Below, one piece after another: positions 1 to 9,722 of a stretch of DNA of 64,000 bases. The stretch lies in the NCBI GenBank assembly GCA_017941235.1, contig JAGAWU010000024.1:615-64614 (forward strand). The letters run 5' to 3'. Made by a program: the position numbers and the translations under genes. This stretch comes from Bacilli bacterium (GTDB lineage: Bacteria; Bacillota_I; Bacilli_A; RF39; UBA660). The notes beneath the pieces are model-generated. The model did no database searches. It saw only the letters and a program-made list of their open reading frames with translations, and was not told where the DNA came from. Numbering within the stretch: the first letter of the stretch is position 1; the number at the start of each line of letters is the position of its first letter.

Positions 1-1
1 T

Positions 2-391
2 CAGAATGCAGATCAGTCATCTGGGATGAGCGATGGTTTTATATATAGAGTTAGTAAAGTTGTTTTAGGTGAGAAATATGAAAAGATAACTAATAGTAAA
101 ACCTATGATACTGTTGTATTTGTAGTTAGAAAAAGTGCTCATATTTTTGTATATTTTGTTCTTTCATTAATAGCATTTTCATTTTTTTATGAATTTTATA
201 ATCTTGATAAAAAAGTTATTATTTTTACAATAATATTTTGTTTTCTTTATTCAATAACAGATGAAATACATCAATATTTTATTCCTGGTAGAAGCTGTGA
301 AATAAGAGATATACTTATTGATACAATTAGTTCTAGTATTTCTGCATGTATTAATTATTTTATTAGAAAAAAAATTAAAAAAAGTAGTTAA
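2..391 (+). CDS. VanZ family membrane protein (5' end outside window)
   Basis: RKSAH..YF.L and DEIHQYFIPGRS...DI.ID motifs typical of VanZ; frame is open from the window start (QNADQSSGMS). Confidence 0.85.
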   Translation, partial: QNADQSSGMSDGFIYRVSKVVLGEKYEKITNSKTYDTVVFVVRKSAHIFVYFVLSLIAFSFFYEFYNLDKKVIIFTIIFCFLYSITDEIHQYFIPGRSCEIRDILIDTISSSISACINYFIRKKIKKSS

Positions 392-437
392 AGATAGTCT
401 CCTATGTTATAATTTATATGAAGGTAGGAGATTTTTT

Positions 438-1673
438 ATGTATAAAAGAAAATTTTGTTTTTTAATTCTTTTTGTAACTATTTTTTTATCAGGGTGTAGT
501 AAATTTGATTCTGATATGAACATAAAAAAAGATGGTTCTATGGATTTTTCTGTACTTTATACTTATGATGGAGCTAATGATCCTAGTGGTATTATAAATG
601 AGAATAATAGACAGAAGTTACTTAATTCTGGATATGTTTTAGAAGATTATAAAGATGGAAATACTAATGGTATTAGAATAACAAAAAATATTAAGAATAT
701 TGAAGATGTTAGTGAAGAGAATAAACTAGTTAGGTTTGATTTATTTAATTTATTAGAAGATAACGGAGATTTAAAGTTATTTAAAGTAGAAAAAAATTTC
801 TTATTTGACACTTATACAGCTAGATTTTATATAAGTAATAAAGATGGTATACTTAATGGAAGTAAAAATTTAGAAAACACTGATAATGGACAGGTACAAT
901 CTTATGATAGTAAGAAATGGGGAGATTCAGATAATTTTAAATTTAATTTAAAAGTTCCATATTTTGTTGGAGAAAATAACGCTACTACTGTTTCTGGTAA
1001 TAGAAGAAATTTAAGTTGGGATCTTTCTAAGTTCTCTAGTCTTTCAACTATTGAATTTAAATTTTATATAATTAATAAACGAGATGCAATAATTTTAGGT
1101 GTAGGTATTGGTTTACTTTTAATATTTATTATTGCCGCTAATGGTAATAAAGATAATCCACAAAAGGATAATGATAAAAATAAAATAACTATTCCTAAGA
1201 AAGAAACGTATCAAACACCTATAAATATTCCTAGTACACCAGTTACAACAGGTGAAGTAAGTAATTCTGCAAGTTTTGATTTTTTAAATTCAGATTCTAG
1301 GGCAAGTTCAAAAAAAGAAGTTGCAAATGATATATTTGATATAAAAACTAATACTAATTCTACTGATGATGTTAACTTTATTATAGGCTCACAACTTTAT
1401 GGTGATAGTAATAATAATAGTAATAGTAATACTTCTAATAATTCTAATACTGGGGTTTCTGGACTTGAAGAATTTATGAATGGTGGTTCTACTACTAATA
1501 GTAATGACAACAATATTACCACTAATAGTATTAATAATAGTAGTAACATTAATGATAGTAGTAACATTAATAATGTTGAACAACCTGTTACGCCTCCTTT
1601 AAATCCAGATGGTGGAATACCTGAATTAATGGTTGGTGTAGAAGAAAATAATGATAATAATAGTATTAATTAA
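438..1673 (+). CDS. Lipoprotein, LppM/DUF3153-like, with internal TM helix and Asn/Ser-rich C-terminal tail
   Basis: AGGAG RBS before ATG 438; signal peptide with lipobox LSGC; 'NAT..GN..LSW' motif; hydrophobic AIILGVGIGLLLIFIIAA. Confidence 0.6.
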   Translation: MYKRKFCFLILFVTIFLSGCSKFDSDMNIKKDGSMDFSVLYTYDGANDPSGIINENNRQKLLNSGYVLEDYKDGNTNGIRITKNIKNIEDVSEENKLVRFDLFNLLEDNGDLKLFKVEKNFLFDTYTARFYISNKDGILNGSKNLENTDNGQVQSYDSKKWGDSDNFKFNLKVPYFVGENNATTVSGNRRNLSWDLSKFSSLSTIEFKFYIINKRDAIILGVGIGLLLIFIIAANGNKDNPQKDNDKNKITIPKKETYQTPINIPSTPVTTGEVSNSASFDFLNSDSRASSKKEVANDIFDIKTNTNSTDDVNFIIGSQLYGDSNNNSNSNTSNNSNTGVSGLEEFMNGGSTTNSNDNNITTNSINNSSNINDSSNINNVEQPVTPPLNPDGGIPELMVGVEENNDNNSIN

Positions 1674-1697
1674 GAATGCTTTTTCTGCATTCTTTTT
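1672..1697 (+). terminator. Rho-independent terminator
   Basis: AAGAATGC/GCATTCTT stem followed by T tract. Confidence 0.65.
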
Positions 1698-1708
1698 CAT
1701 TGTGAAAC

Positions 1709-1737
1709 TTTACTTTTTTACTAAAATATGATATAAT
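1709..1737 (+). promoter_or_regulatory. sigma-A type promoter of the alarmone synthetase gene
   Basis: TTTACT-17bp-TATAAT with extended -10 TG. Confidence 0.6.
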
Positions 1738-1821
1738 ATACTTCCATGAGAAAAGGGGGATACTGGTTCTGTAATATTTTGTATTATTAACTAGTATAAT
1801 TGAAAGGGTGAAATAAAAGTT

Positions 1822-3165
1822 ATGTCAAAACAATCAATTGATTATTTCGACGTTTTAGAGTTAAATGAGTTGGAACTTTCATATGAATCAGCTATGGAAA
1901 TATTACGTACTCATTTAGATGTACTTATTTCAAATTTCGAAATGGTAAATGGTGGTACTAAATCTGTAGAACATTATGGACATCGTTTAAAAAAAATGTC
2001 TAGTGCTATTAATAAGTTAAGGAAAAAGAAATGTGAAATTAGTGCTATCGAAATAGAAAACAATTTAAATGATATGGTTGGAATTAGACTTGTTTGTCCA
2101 TTTATAGATGATGTTTATGATATGGTTGAACTAATTAAAGATAGTGATTTAATTGTTGTAGATAAAGTCAAAGATTATATAAAAGAACCTAAAAAGTCTG
2201 GGTATAGAAGTTGCCATTTACTTGTTAGAGTTCCAGTACCCGTAGGTAATAGTATCAAAATGGTGAAGGCAGAAATTCAAATTAGAACACTTGCTATGGA
2301 TGCATGGGCTGCTATGGAACATAGAATTAAGTATAAACCTACAGGTTCTAAGGCGTTAAATGAAAGACAAAAGAAAATGCTTAAAACTTGTGCTAAAGCA
2401 TTTGATTTTATTGAAGAGTATATGACTAATCTTCTTCCAACTACTGAGCTTACAGTAAAAAACAAAAGAGATGCAGTAAAAAAATATATACCAGATTTTG
2501 ATGAAGATGAATTAAAACAATTTGAATTTGAATATAAGTCTGCTATTAAAATATTAAATTCTCATTTAAAAGTTAGAATTAATAATAATGATTATATTAA
2601 GGAGACTAAAACAGTAGAACATGCTAATTCACGTTTTAAAGATATGTCTAGTATTTATCGTAAATTATCTGAGAAGGGTATAGATTTAACACTTGATAAT
2701 GTTAGAGAAAATGTAAATGATGTTGCTGCTGTAAGACTTGTTTGTCCATTTATAGATGACGTTTATGATTTAGTTAAATTAGTTAAAGATAGTGATTTAA
2801 TTGAAGTTTATGAAGAACGAGATTATATGGATAAACCAAAAGAATCTGGATATAGAGGATATCATTTGCTTGTAAAAGTACCTGTACCTATTGGTGATGA
2901 TATTAAAATGGTAAAAGCAGAAATTCAAATTAGAACACTTGCTATGGATGCATGGGCTGCTATGGAAGAAAGAATAAAATATAATCAAGATTATTATTTT
3001 ACTGAAGAACAAAAAGCGATGTTAAAAATATGTGCTGATACTTTTCAAGATGTAGAAGTATATATGAACAGTTTACTTAATCCTACAGAAGATGATAATT
3101 CTAAACTTGATGAATACTTTGAAAGTGTTCAGTATCCAAAAAAATATATAAGAAAAATAGGTTAA
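1822..3165 (+). CDS. Small alarmone synthetase (RelA_SpoT domain, RelP/RelQ-like), two domains in tandem
   Basis: Two copies of R.K..SS..K, ND...RLVC.FIDDVY, DY...PK.SGYR..H, EIQIRTLAMDAWAAME motifs. Confidence 0.9.
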   Translation: MSKQSIDYFDVLELNELELSYESAMEILRTHLDVLISNFEMVNGGTKSVEHYGHRLKKMSSAINKLRKKKCEISAIEIENNLNDMVGIRLVCPFIDDVYDMVELIKDSDLIVVDKVKDYIKEPKKSGYRSCHLLVRVPVPVGNSIKMVKAEIQIRTLAMDAWAAMEHRIKYKPTGSKALNERQKKMLKTCAKAFDFIEEYMTNLLPTTELTVKNKRDAVKKYIPDFDEDELKQFEFEYKSAIKILNSHLKVRINNNDYIKETKTVEHANSRFKDMSSIYRKLSEKGIDLTLDNVRENVNDVAAVRLVCPFIDDVYDLVKLVKDSDLIEVYEERDYMDKPKESGYRGYHLLVKVPVPIGDDIKMVKAEIQIRTLAMDAWAAMEERIKYNQDYYFTEEQKAMLKICADTFQDVEVYMNSLLNPTEDDNSKLDEYFESVQYPKKYIRKIG

Positions 3166-3259
3166 TAGCAAATACTGTTATTAACTTTTTTTAACTTAAT
3201 TTTTCTTGACTTAGTACTTTAAAAATTATATATTATTTGTGTTAATTGGAGGTGTTAAT

Positions 3260-4390
3260 ATGATTTATTTAGACTATAGTGCTACTACATTTGTTAATGA
3301 TGAGGTTCTTGATACTTATAATAAAGTTACAAAAAGATATATTGGTAATCCTAATTCATTACATAAGTTAGGTTTAGAAGCTAAAAAAATAATTGATGAA
3401 TCTACAAATCAAGTTAAGAAAATTTTAAAAACAGATAAAGATGTTATATATACAAGTGGTGCTACTGAATCTAATAATTTAGCTATATTTGGTGTAGTTA
3501 ACAAGTATAAAAACAGAGGTAAGCATATTATCACAACTCGACTTGAACATTCATCTATAAATGAACCGTTAAAAAAATTAGAGAGTGACGGGTATAAAAT
3601 TAGTTATGTTTCATTAAATGATGATGGTACTGTTAATTTAGATGAACTTAATAATTTATTATGTGATGATACTATACTTGTTACTATTGCTACTGTTAAT
3701 AGTGAGATAGGAATTATGCAAGATTTAGATAAAATAAGTGATATAGTTAAAAAATATCCAAAAGTTATTTTTCATACAGATGCTACTCAAGTTATTGGTA
3801 AAAAAAGTATTAGTTTTGACAATGTAGACTTAGTAAGCATGTCTAGTCAAAAATTTTATGGTATGAAAGGTGTTGGATGCCTTTTAAAAAACAAGAATTT
3901 ATTACTTGAACCAATTATATATGGTGGTAAATCAACTACTGAATTTAGAAGTGGTACTCCTGCAACACCTTTAATAGTAAGTTTTGCTAAAGCTTTAAGA
4001 TTAGCTTATATAGATTTAGATGAAAGATATAATTATGTTTTTGAATTAAGTAATTATACAAAAAATAAATTATCTGAAATTAGTGGAGTTATTTTAAACA
4101 GTACAAGTAAATCCATTCCACATATAATTAATTTTAGTATATCTAATATTAAAGCTGAAACACTTCTTCATGCACTTGAAGAAGAAGAAATATTTATATC
4201 AACTAGGACAGCTTGCAATAAAAGTGATGATTATAGTGAAGCTGTATTTGCGCTTACAAAAGATAGAGAAAGAAGTATGCATAGTCTAAGAGTAAGTCTT
4301 TCATATCTAACAACTAGGGAAGAAATAGATAAATTTATAGAAGTATTAACTTTAAAAATAGATAGTTTAAACAAATTAAATTATAAATAG
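3260..4390 (+). CDS. Cysteine desulfurase (IscS/NifS family, class V aminotransferase)
   Basis: IYLDYSATT, GNPNSLH, TSGATESNN, HTDATQ, PLP Lys in SSQKF, RSGT, catalytic Cys in STRTAC; GGAGG RBS before ATG 3260. Confidence 0.9.
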   Translation: MIYLDYSATTFVNDEVLDTYNKVTKRYIGNPNSLHKLGLEAKKIIDESTNQVKKILKTDKDVIYTSGATESNNLAIFGVVNKYKNRGKHIITTRLEHSSINEPLKKLESDGYKISYVSLNDDGTVNLDELNNLLCDDTILVTIATVNSEIGIMQDLDKISDIVKKYPKVIFHTDATQVIGKKSISFDNVDLVSMSSQKFYGMKGVGCLLKNKNLLLEPIIYGGKSTTEFRSGTPATPLIVSFAKALRLAYIDLDERYNYVFELSNYTKNKLSEISGVILNSTSKSIPHIINFSISNIKAETLLHALEEEEIFISTRTACNKSDDYSEAVFALTKDRERSMHSLRVSLSYLTTREEIDKFIEVLTLKIDSLNKLNYK

Positions 4391-4506
4391 AAAAAGTTAA
4401 TACTTTTTTTGTAAAATTATGTAAAACTATACATATTTTTTTTGGCTTTTAAAAAATTCCTTTTTATTTATGGTAAAATTACATTAATAGAATAGGAGGG
4501 ATAAGA

Positions 4507-7500
4507 ATGAAAAAGAATGGTTTGTTAGTACTTATTTTTGGTTTGTCATTTATTATTCCTTTTAACGTTTTTGCTTTAACGAGAGGTGAGATTTCTTCTC
4601 GTAATGTTTGCTCTAAATATGAAGTTGCTATTGCTAAAGAAGATAGAGCAGGAGATCCTAGTAGTACTAGACTTGAAAAGGTTTCTTGTTATGATGATTA
4701 TAATAGTGCTTTAAGTGCTATGAATAGTAATAGTAATATGGATACTATTTTACTTGAGAGAAAAGATGGTAATACTAAAATTGTTAATGCTAAGGCTGCA
4801 CTTGTTAATTTAACTTTAAGAGGTGGTAGTGTCACATATTATTATCCAACTGCTAGTTCATGGGATTATGATAATTATATGGTTACAAATAGTAGTACTG
4901 GTGCTGTTGATGGTGCTTTTCTTGATTTTGATATTAATTCTAGAAGAGCTAAAGTTAAAGTTGCTGGCTATACTGGATGGGTAAATGAAGATGCATATGA
5001 TATAGTTCCTATAGTTTGGGTTTATTCTATTGGATATTATAGAAGTACTAATGATGAATTTAAACATTTTTTTGCTCGTGATATAACTACTATTACTAAT
5101 TCTAGTTATGGTATAGCTTTAAGTAAGAAACCGGATTATTTAAATAATTCAAAAAACTATTTTAGTTATGATGGACATTATTTTTATACAAATCAATATA
5201 AAATGATTACTGATTATAAAAATGGTAACTATAATAATGCTGTAAATAAGAATAATCCATATTATAATTATTATCAATATTTACCTAATCATTCTAAAAC
5301 TAATTATTCTAGTTCTAATATAAATAAATATATTAGAGATGGATTAGGCTTCTACTATACTACATTTGGTAATACCTTAGATATTAAGGGTAACTTTGAT
5401 ACTGGGAATGTTTCTAAACTTTATGGTATGGGTACATATTTTATATATGCTCAAGAACAATATGGTGCTAATGCTATACTTTCATTTGGACTTAATAGAA
5501 ATGAAAGTGGAGATGGAAGAAGTAAAATTTCTACTTTGAAGAATAATGGTTTTGGGCAAGGCGCTGTTGATTCATCTCCTTTTGGTTCTGCATATGGATT
5601 TTTAACATATCAGGGTGGTATTTATAATCATGCACAACATTTTGTTAATGATATGTATGAAAATGCTAATCATAGTTATTATAATGGTGGACAATTTGGT
5701 AATAAACAAGGTGGATGGAATATAGTGTATGCTTCTGATCCTTTCTGGGGTGAGAAAGCTGCTTCTTATTATTATAGGTTTGATAGATATTTTGGATTTC
5801 AAGATTATAATTTTTATCAACTTGCTATTAATACTACTAGTGTACAAGCTAAAGCTTCTGCTAGTAATTCGGCTAGAACAATCTATACATTAAAAAATAA
5901 AGAAATACCTATAATTATTTTAGAAGAAGTAAAGGGTGATAATGTAGGTGGAAGTAATATTTGGTATAAAATAGTTTCAGATTTAAATATAGATAGTAAT
6001 AAAAATTCATATTCTAAATATCCTGAAAAGTTTGATTGGGATAATAGTTATGTATATGTACCTAGTTCATATTTTAAAAAGATTAATACTGCTAGAGATG
6101 GAATTAAATCATTTAATGATGTTTATCCTTATGTAGAAAATACTTATAAATATGCATTTTATAATGACGGAGAAAAGTTAACTCCTAAAGTTGGTAAATC
6201 ATTAAGAGATACATCATATTATTATGATGGGGGATTAATTGAAAAGAAAAATAGTATATTACTTAAAGATAAGTATGTAATGGTTTATGATAGAGCTGTT
6301 GATAAGAATGGCAATGTAGTTAGTTATCAGGTTACTAGTGATTATAAATATGATCAAAAAGAGTGGGTTAGCGCTAAGGATATAAGTATAGTTGGTGGAG
6401 CTTATGGTAAACAAACTGTAATTCCTACTGGTTATAGTTCTAATGTATTTAGTGAATCTCGTGAAAGTAGTCATATAATTAGTGGTATTTATGATGGATG
6501 CTTTGTACCAATACTTGAAGAATTAGTTGGTAGTGATGGAAAAACTTATTATAAAGTTCCTGTTTCCCTAACAAGTAATTCTAATAGTTATGGTTATACT
6601 TTAAAATCAGATAGTGATGCTTATATTACATCTTATAATAGTGAAGCAATTGTTAAAAATAATTATCCTGTTATAGAAGTAAGTGATAAACAAATAAAAG
6701 AAGGAGAAAGTATTGATCTTAAGAAGATAGTTAAAGTAGCTGATGAAGATAGTGATATTTTAACTAAACTTCAAATAAATGGTAATGTTAATACTAATAT
6801 TCCAGGTTCATATAAAGTTACTTATAGTGTTACTGATAATGGTGGTTTAAAATCTGAGAAAACAATTACTGTTACTGTAATTAAGGATGAACTTCCTGTA
6901 ATAGTTGCTAAAGATAAAGAAATATTTGTTGGTGAAGATATTAATTTATTAGATGGAGTTAGTGCTAGTGATAAGGAAGATGGTAATTTAATAAATAAAG
7001 TAAAAATAATTACTAATGAGTTAAATAATAAAAAAACTGGTTCATATAAAGTAGTTTATAGTGTTAGTGATAGTGTTAACCATAATGTTACTAAAACTAT
7101 AATAGTTACTGTAAAAGAAAAAGTTAGCTCTCCTAAAACAGAAGATACAGAAATTACTAAATCAAATGATAACAATAGTGATAAGGTTTTAACTCAAAAA
7201 TCTGGAGAATTTTATCTTAATGAATTATCATTTGATAATAATAAGAAAAAATACTTAATAAGTGGTTATTTAATTATTAAAGAAAGTAATAATAAATATT
7301 CTGATAATATTAGTTATGAATTAGTATTACGAAATATTGATACTAATAAAGAAAAAACTATTTCTATTGATAGATGGACTAATAATGTTCCTTTTGATTT
7401 AGGTACTGAAAATGGTTATGACTATAGTGGAAGTTGGTTTAAAGGATATATTGATTTTTCAGCAAATGATTTAGCTGGTGATTATGAAGTTTATATGAAA

Positions 7501-8124
7501 GCTAGTAATTCTGATAGTTTTGCTTTAGAAAAGGTTGTTAATTCATTTAATATAGATTTTACTAGAAGAGCAGAGGATGCTAAATATGGTTATAATTTTA
7601 AAGTTAATTTATCTTCTAAATCACGTGAATTTACTTTAAATATCAGAAAAGGAAATTTGATTACTACAGGAGTTAGTAATACATATCGTAATATGTCTAA
7701 TAATTATGATGATATGAAATTTATTGATAATAAACTTAATGTAATTGGAACGTCTTATAACTATGGTATATCTTATGATAAAGATAATTTTGTGGAAAGA
7801 AAATTAATTCTTGAAAATACTAGTAGTTTTAATAGATATACTTATGATTTAGGTTCTACTAATACAGGTGGTTATGTTGTTAATATAAAAGATGGTAAGG
7901 ATAAAACACTTGCATGGTATAATAATACTATAGATGTTAGTAATCTTGATAAAGGTGTATATTCTATGATTGTTTACACAAAGACTAAAGATGTTTCTGA
8001 TTATGGAGAAATTACAGATGTATTTGCTTCTATAAATGAAGCGAAAGCTGATATAAATGGTAAAAAGTACTATATTAGACTAAATAAAAATAGAGGCAAT
8101 CGTATAGAATTAGTTATCGAATAG
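4507..8124 (+). CDS. Secreted cell-wall hydrolase: glucosaminidase (GH73/LytD-like) with SH3-like and two Ig-like (DUF5011-like) repeats
   Basis: Signal peptide; YG.NA....NESG.G.S...KNN.FG..A.DSSP; GNK.GG.N..YASDP.WGEK; two GSYKV.YSV.D Ig-like repeats. Confidence 0.8.
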   Translation: MKKNGLLVLIFGLSFIIPFNVFALTRGEISSRNVCSKYEVAIAKEDRAGDPSSTRLEKVSCYDDYNSALSAMNSNSNMDTILLERKDGNTKIVNAKAALVNLTLRGGSVTYYYPTASSWDYDNYMVTNSSTGAVDGAFLDFDINSRRAKVKVAGYTGWVNEDAYDIVPIVWVYSIGYYRSTNDEFKHFFARDITTITNSSYGIALSKKPDYLNNSKNYFSYDGHYFYTNQYKMITDYKNGNYNNAVNKNNPYYNYYQYLPNHSKTNYSSSNINKYIRDGLGFYYTTFGNTLDIKGNFDTGNVSKLYGMGTYFIYAQEQYGANAILSFGLNRNESGDGRSKISTLKNNGFGQGAVDSSPFGSAYGFLTYQGGIYNHAQHFVNDMYENANHSYYNGGQFGNKQGGWNIVYASDPFWGEKAASYYYRFDRYFGFQDYNFYQLAINTTSVQAKASASNSARTIYTLKNKEIPIIILEEVKGDNVGGSNIWYKIVSDLNIDSNKNSYSKYPEKFDWDNSYVYVPSSYFKKINTARDGIKSFNDVYPYVENTYKYAFYNDGEKLTPKVGKSLRDTSYYYDGGLIEKKNSILLKDKYVMVYDRAVDKNGNVVSYQVTSDYKYDQKEWVSAKDISIVGGAYGKQTVIPTGYSSNVFSESRESSHIISGIYDGCFVPILEELVGSDGKTYYKVPVSLTSNSNSYGYTLKSDSDAYITSYNSEAIVKNNYPVIEVSDKQIKEGESIDLKKIVKVADEDSDILTKLQINGNVNTNIPGSYKVTYSVTDNGGLKSEKTITVTVIKDELPVIVAKDKEIFVGEDINLLDGVSASDKEDGNLINKVKIITNELNNKKTGSYKVVYSVSDSVNHNVTKTIIVTVKEKVSSPKTEDTEITKSNDNNSDKVLTQKSGEFYLNELSFDNNKKKYLISGYLIIKESNNKYSDNISYELVLRNIDTNKEKTISIDRWTNNVPFDLGTENGYDYSGSWFKGYIDFSANDLAGDYEVYMKASNSDSFALEKVVNSFNIDFTRRAEDAKYGYNFKVNLSSKSREFTLNIRKGNLITTGVSNTYRNMSNNYDDMKFIDNKLNVIGTSYNYGISYDKDNFVERKLILENTSSFNRYTYDLGSTNTGGYVVNIKDGKDKTLAWYNNTIDVSNLDKGVYSMIVYTKTKDVSDYGEITDVFASINEAKADINGKKYYIRLNKNRGNRIELVIE

Positions 8125-8182
8125 GGTAAGATTTTCTTACTCTATTTTTTTGCAAAAAAAAAATTAGTTATTAAACTAATTC

Positions 8183-8377
8183 TTATTCTTCAACTTCTTC
8201 AATTGCACTAGTTGGGCATGAATCAATTGCATCTCTTGCACTTTCTTCATCTTCAGCTGCTACTTCAGTAGCTATTACTTTAGATAATCCTTCATCATCT
8301 ATTTCAAAAACATTAGGTGCTAAAGCTGCACAAGCTCCACAGCCAATACATTGATCTTTATTAACATTAACTTTCAT
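8183..8377 (-). CDS. fer: Single-cluster 4Fe-4S ferredoxin
   Basis: CIGCGAC...AP.VF...CPTSAI; AAGGA RBS on minus strand. Confidence 0.93.
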   Translation of the reverse strand: MKVNVNKDQCIGCGACAALAPNVFEIDDEGLSKVIATEVAAEDEESARDAIDSCPTSAIEEVEE

Positions 8378-8536
8378 AGTATTACTTCCTTTCTTTTTTG
8401 TTATATCTAAAATATCATATTTATTTTAATAACACAATATTCTTTTTTATCTTTTACATTTTTAAATTTTATACTTTAAATAAATATCAATATATGTTAT
8501 GATTAATATGATAGAGTGTAGAGAGTAGGTGATAGG

Positions 8537-9463
8537 TTGGAACGAAGAATGCAAAGATATGATGAAGTCAGCGAAAATCCTAAAGTTAGTAGAAGACAAC
8601 TGAATCAAGAATTGTATAATAGGCTTAATGATAATAGTTCTGTTACTACTTATACTGACATTAATAAAGCCAACCAATATGTATTAGATGCCGCTAGTAA
8701 AAATTATAGAACTAGAGAGGGATATCAAAAGTTAAAGGAATATGGTGATTTAGTTCCTAAACCAAAAGTAAAAAAAGAGTTAGATGACTTTACTAATCTT
8801 TATAAAGAAACAGAAAATAAAGTCTATGATATTAACAGTGTTATAGAAGAAGCAAAGAGAAATAGAAAAACTACTGAAGAAGAGTTAAAAAGAAAATTAA
8901 AGAATTATAATATTTTATCTAATATTTCTGATGAAAAGATAGAAGAATATAAGAAAAATAGAAAGAAAGTAGTTAGAGCTAACGAAGATGAAATAAAAGA
9001 AATTATTAATACTATTACGACGAAGGCTATAAATGGTGAAATAGATCAAGAAACTAGTGTTAACTTATTAAGTGATTTAATGGCTACTCAACAACTTGAT
9101 ATGGTTGAAGGAATAGATCTTTCAGAAGAAAATAAAGAAGAAATCATTAAAAAGAATGAAGAAAAATTTGATAGTATTAATACTTTAAGCAGTGAAGATA
9201 TAAAAGAAGTAGAAGAAAAGAAAATAGAAGATGATTTGAAAGATAAAGAATATCAAGAAAAAAATCAGAGTAAAAATATATTTAAGGATATGGACCAGTC
9301 TTTCTACACTAGAAGTATGGACTTATCTGATAAGGATTTTGATATTGATAATGATGAAGAAAAAGTAAAAAAGAAACATCCAATTTTAAAGTTTTTTATA
9401 ATACTTATTATTATGGCTATAATTGGTGTTTTAGTTTATTATTTTAGAGATAAAATATTTTAA
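8537..9463 (+). CDS. Hypothetical acidic/coiled-coil protein with C-terminal TM anchor
   Basis: Long ORF, RBS before TTG, C-terminal FFIILIIMAIIGVLVYYF. Confidence 0.7.
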   Translation: MERRMQRYDEVSENPKVSRRQLNQELYNRLNDNSSVTTYTDINKANQYVLDAASKNYRTREGYQKLKEYGDLVPKPKVKKELDDFTNLYKETENKVYDINSVIEEAKRNRKTTEEELKRKLKNYNILSNISDEKIEEYKKNRKKVVRANEDEIKEIINTITTKAINGEIDQETSVNLLSDLMATQQLDMVEGIDLSEENKEEIIKKNEEKFDSINTLSSEDIKEVEEKKIEDDLKDKEYQEKNQSKNIFKDMDQSFYTRSMDLSDKDFDIDNDEEKVKKKHPILKFFIILIIMAIIGVLVYYFRDKIF

Positions 9464-9474
9464 AGGAGAATATT

Positions 9475-9708
9475 ATGGGATTAGAAGAAGGACGAATAAT
9501 AGAATTTGATGGTATGAATTTATGCATACTTAATGTTCAAAAAATAAATGATTTGGATTATATATATGTTGCAGAAATGGTTGATGATGATATAACAGGA
9601 AATTTTTATGTTTATAAGATTGAAAATGATAATATAGAAAAAGTTATTAATTCAGATGAATTAAAAGATATATTACCTATTTTTATTAAATCTATGAGTA
9701 GTGATTAG
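9475..9708 (+). CDS. Small acidic protein, DUF1292-like
   Basis: AAGGAG RBS; beta-strand pattern plus C-terminal 'I.SDELKDI...F' helix resembling ORFs 13467 and 32708. Confidence 0.55.
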   Translation: MGLEEGRIIEFDGMNLCILNVQKINDLDYIYVAEMVDDDITGNFYVYKIENDNIEKVINSDELKDILPIFIKSMSSD

Positions 9709-9722
9709 GAAGGAAAACAACA

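Noticed and set aside
318-437. Upstream extension of the lipoprotein ORF
   Set aside because: Overlaps vanZ; the RBS and signal peptide fit ATG 438.
1400-1580. AAT/AGT-rich low-complexity tracts (also 12240-12370)
   Set aside because: Ordinary Asn-rich coding linkers; no separate element evident.
4410-4425. WalR-like box upstream of the glucosaminidase
   Set aside because: TGTAAA repeats are spaced N4, not N5, and are likely by chance in AT-rich DNA.
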